Source of the DNA: Carcharhinus amblyrhynchos
Lineage: Eukaryota
Length of the DNA stretch: 64,000 nt
Direction of reading: 5' to 3'
Assembly (NCBI GenBank): GCA_965287045.1
Contig: OZ336892.1
Location: 38,874,001-38,938,000 of the forward strand
Shown: positions 53,900 through 64,000 of the stretch, in pieces
How the letters are laid out: each line of letters opens with the position of its first letter
Numbering within the stretch: position 1 is the first letter of the stretch
Position numbers and translations under genes: made by a program
Notes under the pieces: model-generated
Seen by the model: only the letters and a program-made list of their open reading frames with translations
What the model was told of the DNA's origin: nothing
The model's database searches: none

Positions 53900-56010
53900 A
53901 ATGAAACAGCTGAACAAATAGTCACTGTATCAGTGAAAATGTCCATGACGTGTTGCAGCATGGAGAGAAAGGTTAACAAGGAATAATAAAGGAGAAATTG
54001 TAGAAAGTGAGAAAACTCAGAAGAAATATCAAACACAAAGTAAGTTTCTATAATTGTACATAAACAACGAGAGTTGCTAAAGAGAGTGTCGGTGCCCAAG
54101 AGGGTGAAACTGGGATATTAATAATGGGAAACAAGGAAATGGCAGAAGCATTGAACAAGTATTTTATATCTGTCTTCACAGCAGGCACAGAAAACATCCC
54201 AAAAATAGTAGAAAATCAAGAGGCAAAAGAGAGGGAGGAACTTAAAACAATCAAAATCACCAGAGGAAAGATACTGGGAAAACAAACAGAACTCAAAACT
54301 GTCGAGTACCCTGAACCTGATGGCTTACATCCTAAAAGTGGTTCAGCAACTGGCCATTGGCTGCAATCTTCCAAAATTCCCCAGATTCTAGAAAGGTCTC
54401 AGTGGATTGGAAAACTGCAAATGTAACACCTAATTCAAGTAAAGAGGGAGACAGGATGCAGGAAACGAGAGGCTAGTTAGTCTTTGGGAAAATTCTAGAA
54501 CCCATTATTAAGGAGGTAGTAGCAGGGCATTTAAGAAATCATAAAACAATCAGGCAGAGTCAATATGGTTTTCTGAAAAGGAAAATCGTGTTTGACAAAT
54601 TTATAAAGCTCTAAGGATGTGGATAAAGGGGAACCAGTTGATGCACATTTGGATTTCCAAAAAGCAATAAATAAGTGCAAGACTGTACTTAGAAGGCGAC
54701 TGTACAAGATAACAACTTGTGGTACTGAGGGTGAAATATTAGCTGGGATTGAGGATTGACTAACAGAAGACAGTCCAGATAAATGGATTATCTTCAGGTT
54801 TGAAACTAACTAGTGGAGTGCCACAGTGATCAATACTAGAACTTCAACCAATCAGGATTTACATTAATGACTTGGATTAAGGGGCAATACAATAAAATTT
54901 TGTAGTCAAATTTGCTGCTGATGCACAAACATATAGAAAGGGAGTTGTGAGGAGAATGCAAACAGTCTGCAAAATGATATCAATAGGTTAAACAGGCAAA
55001 AAGTGGAAAAATGTTAGGTTGTCCATTTTGGCAGGCAGAATAGAAAAGTAGGATATTTAAATGGAGAGAATGGAATGGTACAATGGCACAGGGAAATCTG
55101 GTATATCCCCCTTGTATATGAATCATAAACTCAGTGTGTAGGCACAGCAAGAAATTAGGAAGGCAAATTAAAAGTTAAACTTCATTGTAAGAGGAATGGA
55201 TTATAAATGTATGGAATTCTTGCTACAGCTGCACAGGGCATTGATGAGATTGCGTCTAGGGCATTGTGTACAGTTTTGGTCTCCTTACTCAAGAAGGGAT
55301 TTAACTGCCTTGGAAGCAATTCAGAGGGGCTTCATTAGGTTGATTCCTGGGAGAAAAGGGTTGTCTATCGAGGAAAGGATAAGCAGGTTGTGCCGGTACA
55401 CGTTGGAGTTTAGAAGGAGGAGAGGTGATCTTATTGAAAAATATATGACCCTGAGGTGGCTTGACTGGGACGGGGGAAGTTAACACATCAACAGTAGAAC
55501 CTTGGCCAGAGACTGCATCATTTCTGTGCATCTTATCAAGTGAGGATGTTGGTCTGGGTAGGGGCACCTCAGATTTTCCAGAATTTTGAAGGATTAAGAA
55601 ATGAGGGCAGGTTATGTAAATTAAAAGAAATACGAGCCAAGTTTATGGCAGATCTAACCAAGGTCTTTAAAATAATTGAGAAATTTACAAGGATTTAAAT
55701 AAAAATGAACAGCTTTTGGGAATAAGGGTGTATTATCTAAATTTGTCTAATCAGGAGTGACATCAGGAAGCTGTTTACACCCAGAAGATGGTAGAATAAT
55801 GGAAAGATTCCATTGTCTCCATAAAATCAACTGGATACTTGACCTATAAAACTTTTAAGACTGAGTTCAATCAACTTTTGTTGGCTAAGGACATGCATTG
55901 GAAGGCTTGGCACAAACGGATGAATGGAGTTGTGTGAAAGATCAGCCATGATCCACACTGATGGAGATGAGGCTCAAGAGGCTGAATGCATGACTCCTAT
56001 TTCTACCTGT
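53900..56010 (+). mobile_element. Older CR1 LINE fragments
   Basis: MGNKEMAEALNKYFISVFT, PEPDGLHP, CVQFWSP. Confidence 0.85.
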
Positions 56011-56329
56011 TGTGACAAATTGAATACTAAAAGTTGAATAGTTAAACAATTTAAAAGTGTAATTGTTTCTGAGTTAGGATTTATTTCCCTGGCAGATGCA
56101 GAAGTGTGTGAGGTTATGAAGGGTATGGGGACGTAGGCAATAATTAAAAACAGAAAATGCTGGAAACACTCCAGGTCTAGCAGCATCTGTGAGGGCAGCA
56201 ACAGAATGTATCACAGACTGATGGCTTCATCAAAATTCAGTTGTTGCAAGCAAATGGTGAGATGTAACATCAGTGGCAGTCAAGACCGTGGGTGTGGAAA
56301 ATGACAAGATTAAGGGCATGGTTATGACA

Positions 56330-59040
56330 CGTAAAGCTTTCTACAGGTATGTTAAGAATAAAAGATTGGTTAGGGCAAGGTTAGGACCAGTCAGAGACAG
56401 CAGTGGGAAGTTGTGCATGAAGCCTGAAGAGATAGGAGAGGCACTGAATGAGTATTTTTCGACAGTATTCACGCAGGAAAAAGTCAGTGTAGTCGAGAAG
56501 AATACTGCGATACCAGGTAGTAGACTAGATGGGATTGAGGTACATAAGGAGGGGGTGTTGGCAATTCTCGAGAGTGTGAAAATAGATAAGTCCCCTGGGC
56601 CGGATGGGATTTACCCTAGGATTCTCTGGGAGGCTAGGGAGGAGATCGCAGAGCCTTTGGCTTTGATCTTCATGTCGTCATTGGCTTCAGGTATAGTGCC
56701 GGAAGACTGGAGGATAGCAAATGTTGTCCCCTTGTTCAAGAAGGGGAGTAGAGACCATCCTGGGAATTATAGACCAGTGAGCCATATTTCTGTTGTGGGC
56801 AAAGTTTTGAAAAGAATTATAAGGGATAGGATTTATAATCATCTAGAGGGAAATAAATTGATTAGGGATAGTCAACATGGTTTTGAACATAACGTAAGAA
56901 CATAAGAAATAGGAGCAGGAGTAGGCCAACTAGCCCTTCGAGCCTGCCCCGCCATTCAATAAGATCATGGCTGATCTGTCTTGGCTCAGTTCCACATTCC
57001 CGCCCTCTCCCCATAACCCTTAATCCCCTCTCTTATCAAAAACTCATCAACCCGCGTCTTAAAAATATTTAGCGAGGTAGCCTCCACCACTTCAACGGGC
57101 AGAGAATTCCAGAGATTCACCACCCTTTGAGTGAAGAAGTTCCTCCTCGACTCTGTTCTAAACCGCCCCCCCTTTATCTTGAGGCTGTGCCCCCTAGTCC
57201 TGCTATCCTTTCTGAGCGGGAAGAGTCTCTCCACCTCTATCCTATCCATCCCATTCATCATCTTATACGTCTCAATGAGATCTCCCCTCATTCTTCTAAA
57301 CTCTAACGAGTACAAGCCTAATTTATTCAGCCTCTCCTCATAGCTCAACCCCGGCATCAGCCTAGTAAACCTCCTCTGCACTCCCTCCGAGGCCAAAATA
57401 TCCTTGCGTAAGTACGGCGCCCAAAACTGCACGCAGTACTCCAGCTGCGGCCTCACCAATGCCCTATACAGCCGCAACAAGACCTCCCTACTTTTATATT
57501 CAATCCCCCTCGCGATGAAGGCCAGCATCCCATTCGCCTTCCTGACCACCAGCTGCACCTGCAAGCTGGGTTTTTGCGACTCATGCACAAGGACCCCGAG
57601 GTCCCTCTGCACCGTCGCCTGCTGCAGTTTTTCTCCACGTAAGTAATAATCCTTCCTACCATTATTCCTATTATTTTGTGAAGGGTAGGTCGTGCCTCAC
57701 AAACCTTAAGAGTTTTTTGAAAAGGTGACCAAAGAGGTGGATAAGGGTAAGGTGTATATGGATTTTAGCAAAGCGTTTGATAAGGTTCCCCATGGTAGGC
57801 TATTGCAGAAAATGCAGATGCATGGGACTGAGGGTGATTTAGCAGTTTGGATCAGGAATCGGCTAGCTGATAGAAGACAGAGGGTGGTAGTTGATGGGAA
57901 ATATTCAACCTGGAGTGCAGTTACAAGTAGTGTACCTCAAGGATCTGTTTTGGGGCCACTGCTGTTTGTCATTTTTATAAATGACCTAGATGAGGGTGTA
58001 GAAGGATGGATTAGTAAATTTGCTGACGACACCAAAGTCGGAGGAGTTGTAGACAGTGAGGACGGATGTTACAGTTTGCAGAGGGACACAGATAAGCTGC
58101 AGAGCTGGGCCGAGAGGTGGCAGATGGAGTTTAATACGGAAAAGTGTGAGGTGATTCACTTTGGTAAGAATAACAGGAGTACAGAACATAGGGCTAACGG
58201 AAGGACTCTTAGTAGTGTGGACGAGCAGAGGGATCTCGGGGTACGTGTGCATAGCTCCCTGTAAGTTGGCACCCAAGTTAATAAGGTTGTTAAGAAGGCA
58301 TACGACGTGTTAACTTTTATTGGTAGAGGGATTGAATTTCGGAGCCGTGAGGTCACGTTACAACCGTACAAAACTCTGGTGAGGCCGCACTTGGAGTATT
58401 GTGTACAGTTCTGGTCGCTGCATTATAAGAAAGATGTGGAGGCATTGGAAAGGGTGCAGAGGAGGTTTACCAGGATGTTGCCTGGTATGGTGCGAAGGTC
58501 TTATGAGGAAAGGCTGAGGGACTTGAGGTTATTTTCATTGGAGAGAAGAAGGTTACAAGGGGACCTGATTGAGGCATACAAGATGATCAAAGGATTGGAT
58601 AGGGTGGACAGTGAGAGCCTTTTACCTCGGACGGTGATGGCTAACACGAGGGGACATAGCTTTAAATTAAGGGGTGGTAATTATAGGACGGATGTCAGAG
58701 GTAGGTTCTTTACTCAGAGGGTAGTAAGGTCTTGGAATGCCCTGCCTGCAGCAGTTGTGGACTCGCCAACTTTAAGGGCGTTCAAGTGGTCAGTGGATAG
58801 GTATATGGATAACATTGGAATAGTTTAGGTTAGAGGGTCATTAGATTGGTTCCACTGGTTGGTGCAACATCGAGGGCCGAAGGGCCTGTACTGCGCTGTA
58901 ATAGAACACAGAACATTACAGCGCAGTACAGGCCCTTCGGCCCTCGATGTTGCGCCGACCAGTGGAACCAATCTAATGACCTTCTAACCTAAACTATTCC
59001 AATGCTATCCATATGCCTATCCACATGTTCTATGTTCTAT
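56330..59040 (+). mobile_element. Relatively young CR1 LINE ORF2 (RT), interrupted by two nested antisense insertions
   Basis: ORFs 56273-56905, 57725-58264 and 58307-58828 are consecutive ORF2 segments; (tgttcta)n tail at about 59025-59040. Confidence 0.95.
56886..57670 (-). mobile_element. Young CR1 nested antisense within another CR1
   Basis: Uninterrupted 208-aa ORF2 C-terminus; ttttg duplicated at 56881-56885 and 57674-57678. Confidence 0.93.
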
Positions 59041-59208
59041 TTTCAGGTCAAGCAAAAAAGCTGGTAAACTCCCTTTATTGGATGGTAAGCACTACCCCTA
59101 AATTTTAAAAAGCACATCTCGTCCAACAGGCTCTTACATATCCTGAGGTGCCCAAGTGAGACTGACTATGGCAATATGAAGATTCCTGTCTTTACACATA
59201 CACACACA

Positions 59209-59510
59209 TGGGTGGCACAGTGGTTAGCACTGCTGTCTCACAGTGTCAGGGACCTGAGTTCGATTCCTGGCTCGAGTCACTGTCTGTGTGGAGTCTGCAT
59301 GTTCTACCCACGTCTGCATGGGTTTCCTCCAGGTGCTCTGATTTCCTCCCACAGTCCAAAACTCGTGCTGGTTAGGTGGATTGGCCATGCTAAATTCTCC
59401 CTCAGTGCACCCGAACAGGTGCCGGAGGGTGGCGACTATGGGATTTTCACACTAACGTCATTGCAGAGTTAATGTAAGCCTATTTGTGACACTAATAAAT
59501 AAATTTTAAA
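59209..59510 (+). mobile_element. Near full-length tRNA-derived SINE (V-SINE-like)
   Basis: A box tggcacagtgg, B box gagttcgattcc, core tttcctccagg...ctcccacagtccaaa, aataaataaa tail. Confidence 0.85.
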
Positions 59511-59535
59511 CACATGACAGCTAGGGACTCATTCA

Positions 59536-59874
<339 letters not shown>

Positions 59875-61483
59875 TCAGAACAGGATGTCACGTGGACAAT
59901 AGCAACTTTCCCTTAAAATCCCTCAGATTCTAACACTTGACAATGACCATCAGCACTGCCAAAACCAGGAAAGTGTGAGACACATTTTTTCAGCCTGCTG
60001 ATTTACAGAATAAACTACTGACCATATTGATATTGTTCATTAGTGTGAAACACAAACCATTGATGCTGTTTGTTAGTGTGGAACATAAACCACACTGGTA
60101 TACATAGGAGCAGGAGTAGGCGATTTGGCATTTTGAGTTAGATCATGGCTGATCACCTACCTCAATACCACTTTCCTGCACTATCCCCACATCCCTTGAT
60201 GTCATTAGTGTCAATGTTTGAATTGAGTTTCCACAGCACTCTGGGGTAGAGAATTCCAAAGACTCACCACCCTCTGACTGAAGAAATTCTTCCTCACCTC
60301 TGTCTGATGATGTTCCCTGGTTTATATTACTCTCTGGCACCGGGGAAGCCTCCACACACAGGTGTCCTGGACTCTCGTGTGCTACAATATCCATTTGTTC
60401 TGCAGAAGATTCCAAGGGGACAGCGAGCCACGTGCATGGTTCACCGTGTTTGCAAAGTTCGCTCGGTGTACAAAGTGTGTATTAATTAAAAATTAATCAC
60501 TGCTTTTGTTCTTGTTCACATCAAAAAAAAATGCATAGAACGGAAGACCAATCAACATTGGCAACTGACACAGATTTTCAGTTTGCTTTTGGGAGAGGAG
60601 CAAAAGTTAATTCAGGTATAAACCACCTTCTCATCTCGTTAAGGATGTGAGAGAGAGAGAGGGCTGCGGGGGGAGATCACTACCAGTGTCTGATGGTGGT
60701 AAATGGGCTAAGACACCGAGGGTTCAAACCTCACTAATGGTCACTAACAACATTTTAGCCCTGTATAAAAAGTATTAAAATCTTTATGTGAAGTAATTTT
60801 AAATAATGCAGCTTTGATACAAACTATAAATGTAATCAGTATATTAGAAGATGCATTTGCTGGTATATATACATACATATACATACACACGCATGAAGCA
60901 GCAAATATTCATGAATAAACTGCCTATCTAACAGAGACTTGGATTTTTAAAAATTTGAAGATGTGTTTTTTTCACATTCTATAGGTTTCATGCTTTCTTA
61001 GGCTATGACATGTTATAACTTGCAATAATACATGGTACACTAACAGTCTTACAGAGTCGCAAAGGTTTTATTCAGAGTTGACAGGATCGAGATCTTTCCT
61101 TGAGTGAGGCATTTCTGTGACAGGGAAGGTGATGGATTGGGCGGGGGCGTTCTCTGTGAATCAGATGAGTGGGGGTGGTTTGCTGGTGTGATCCAGATTG
61201 GGGCCTCCCTGGCTGTTGCAGGGGTAAGGGGGTTTGAAATGGTGAAGACGAATTTACATCCTGTGATATCAGTCCCAACCAGCCAAAGTCCCTTTGCTAC
61301 CCATTCAGTTTGAAGAAACAATTAAGCAAGAAGGTGCAGAAAGTGTCTGGGAAAATGAAAGACCTATTATTGTGCAATAGTAACCAAGCCAAAGAGATCA
61401 GGACAATCACATGTGGAATCATATTTGAGCATTGCAGCTGCCCCTACAGAGGAGAAAGAACAGCCTTGAAGCTGTACACTTAC

Positions 61484-61573
61484 GATCTGATGGTGTTACC
61501 CAGGGTGTGGTCCTCTTTGTTAATGGTGAACAGGCAGGCATTTGGTACTTTTGTGTCTTTTATTATTGTAATT
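61484..61573 (-). CDS. POLR2J: RNA polymerase II subunit RPB11, exon 2 (90 nt)
   Basis: ctctag|A...TC|gtaagt on minus; [30 protein letters not shown]. Confidence 0.96.
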
Positions 61574-61884
61574 CTAGAGAGAGAAAGGAAGTTAATAGTA
61601 GGCCAAAACCACTTCATCAAACAGAGAATACCTGCATACACAATATCTACTGGAGCAACAGCAGCTAGATGACAGAATTCAAGCCAGCAAAATAATGTTA
61701 TTAAAGGAAACCGGCCCGAGTAGGGAATTAGCTGGCAAAACTCTTTCAAAGGCACATTGATGGGGAGCTCTGATACTGAGCCAGGCTTTACAATTCTGTG
61801 ATTATGTTCCCATCAAACAACTTGGGCACAACTTGTTCAAATGTATAAAGGTATATTAAGCATCCCTGGAAGACTCTAAAACTT

Positions 61885-62121
61885 TAATGTTTATTTATTT
61901 ATGAGTCACAAGTAAGGCTACACTCCACACTCCAGTGCCTGTTCGGCTCAATGCACATAACCAGCACATCTTTCAGACTGTGGGAGAAAACCGGAGCACA
62001 CGGAAGAGACCAATGCAAACACAGGGAGAATGTGCAAACTCCACATAGGTAGTGACCCAAGTCAGGAATTGAACCCAGGTTCCTGGCGCTGTGAGGCAGC
62101 AGTACTAACCACTATGCTGCT
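61885..62121 (-). mobile_element. tRNA-derived SINE
   Basis: Reverse complement of the 59209 family. Confidence 0.85.
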
Positions 62122-62210
62122 ATATAGACTGCCTTTCCCCTTTCTGTGGCTATGACTCATTTTTCATTTCTTCCTCCTGCAGTATAAATAGCTCTCACTT
62201 TCTTTTTTTT

Positions 62211-63035
62211 AGAACATAAGAAATAGGAGCAGGAGTAGGCCAACTAGCCCCTTGAGCCTGCCCCGCCATTCAATAAGATCATGGCTGATCTGTCTTGGCT
62301 CAGTTCCACATTCCCGCCCTCTCCCCATAACCCTTAATCCCCTCTCTTATCAGAAACCCATCAACCCGCGTCTTAAAAATATTTAGCGAGGCAGCCTCCA
62401 CCACTTCAACGGGCAGAGAATTCCAGAGATTCACCACCCTTTGAGTGAAGAAGTTCCTCCTCAACTCCGTTCTAAACCGGCCCCCCCTTATCTTGAGGCT
62501 GTGCCCCCTAGTCCTACTATCCTTTCTGAGTGGGAAGAGTCTCTCCACCTCTATCCTATCCATCCCATTCATCATCTTATACGTCTCAATGAGATCTCCC
62601 CTCATTCTTCTAAACTCTTAACGAGTACAAGCCTAATTTATTCAGCCTCTCCTCATAGCTCAACCCCCTCAACTCCGGCATCAGCCTAGTAAACCTCCTC
62701 TGCACTCCCTCCGAGGCCAAAATATCCTTGCGTAAGTACGGTGCCCAAAACTGCACACACTACTCCAGCTGCGGCCTCACCAATGCCCTATACAGCCGCA
62801 GCAAGACCTCCCTACTTTTATATTCAATCCCCCTCGCTATGAAGGCCAGCATCCCATTAGCCTTCCTGACCACCTGCTGCACCTGCAGGCTGGGTTTTTG
62901 CGACTCATGCACAAGGACCCCGAGGTCCCTCTGCACCGTCGCCTGCTGCAGTTTTTCTCCACGTAAGTAATAATCCTTCCTACCATTATTCCTACCAAAG
63001 TGGACCACCTCGCACTTGCCAACATTAAATTCCAT
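62211..63035 (-). mobile_element. Young CR1 inserted in a Penelope-type end (about 62125-63140)
   Basis: Near-identical to 56886-57670; ttag at both junctions (62209-62212 and 63035-63038). Confidence 0.92.
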
Positions 63036-63804
63036 TAGCTTTGACAAAGGGTCATCTGGACTCAAAACGTTAGCTCTTTTCTCTCCTTACACATGTCGCC
63101 AGACCGACTGAGATTTTCCAGAAGTTTCTCTCTTGGTTTCATTCGAATTTGTGTTTTGGGCATGAGGTTCATCTGAAAAGTACTTTCTTCAGATAGTCCA
63201 TTTTGGGTTGGCTACCCATAGACAGAGAGATCATTTAAATGTGATTGCTCTTTCACCAAATGACATGTTCATTAACAGTGCCTGGTCAGGTCATTCAGAA
63301 AACATCCAGCACCTTTGTGTTGATGGACTCTCCTCATCAGGACAAAGACACTAATGAGTTAGACAGGTTTCAGAAAAAACTCTGGTTCGGTTCAGAAGTG
63401 CACATACCTTCACATTCAGTGAAGACCATACCAAAATGGCCTAGAATACATTTATTCTTTATTTATTAATTGTACACAAACAGAGGTTATACTGTTTATA
63501 CCGAGTGTGTCTCATTGCACTCAGTGTTCTGTATCTTTTGCCTGTGGAACAAAATAACTTCAAACTGAATCAAAAAACACCTCACTTACTATTAACTTGT
63601 TCTGCCTCACGGAGATATTAAAGTGTAGGTAAGATGTCCAGGGGATGTAATGAGGTCTACAACTCAGTGACTTGAGCAGAACCCAAACTCAGCACCAATG
63701 GACTGATTATTGCCACTTGACAACACCTTCCACCACTAATGTTTGCAAGTGAACTGATGGGACAGTAACTGAGGGAAAGAGTTCAGGGAGAGAGTTAAGA
63801 TTTT

Positions 63805-64000
63805 AAAGTTTATCTATTAGTGTCACATTGACACTGCAATGAAGTTACTGTGAAAATCCACACTCTGGCATCTGTTTGGGTGCACTGAGGGAGAATTTAG
63901 CACGGCCAATGCACCAGACCTGCACGTCTTTCAGACTGTGGGAGGATACTGGAGCATCCAGAGGAAACCCACACAGACACGGGGAGAATGTGCAGACTCC
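63805..64000 (-). mobile_element. tRNA-derived SINE, truncated by the window end
   Basis: Same family as 59209-59510. Confidence 0.85.

Noticed and set aside
59209-59290. tRNA-like A and B boxes
   Set aside because: This is a SINE head that continues into the SINE body; no full cloverleaf tRNA gene.

Overview
This is AT-rich eukaryotic DNA, most likely a cartilaginous fish (shark), judged from its CR1 LINE tails, V-SINE-type SINEs and Penelope-type ends. Two intron-containing genes lie tail-to-tail. (1) On the + strand is the 3' part of GTF2I (TFII-I). I could join 20 coding exons (2222-42984, 2045 nt, about 681 aa) in frame using GT-AG sites. They encode I-repeats 2-6 and end ...IKEEPNSTW*, followed by a probable 3'UTR exon at about 44879-45180. 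(2) On the - strand are exons 2-4 of POLR2J (RPB11); exon 1 lies beyond the window. The rest is mostly decayed or nested CR1 LINEs, SINEs, Penelope-derived palindromes, Gypsy remnants and a 302-N assembly gap. Most ORFs in the supplied track are retroelement fragments or noise. I found no convincing new biological system. The best leads are a candidate 63-nt in-frame GTF2I cassette exon, a bona fide GTF2I in a probable chondrichthyan, an alternative GTF2I C-terminus, GTF2I-POLR2J adjacency without NCF1, hammerhead-like Penelope palindromes and several well-resolved nested insertions. Comparisons to human genes are from recall, not from database searches.
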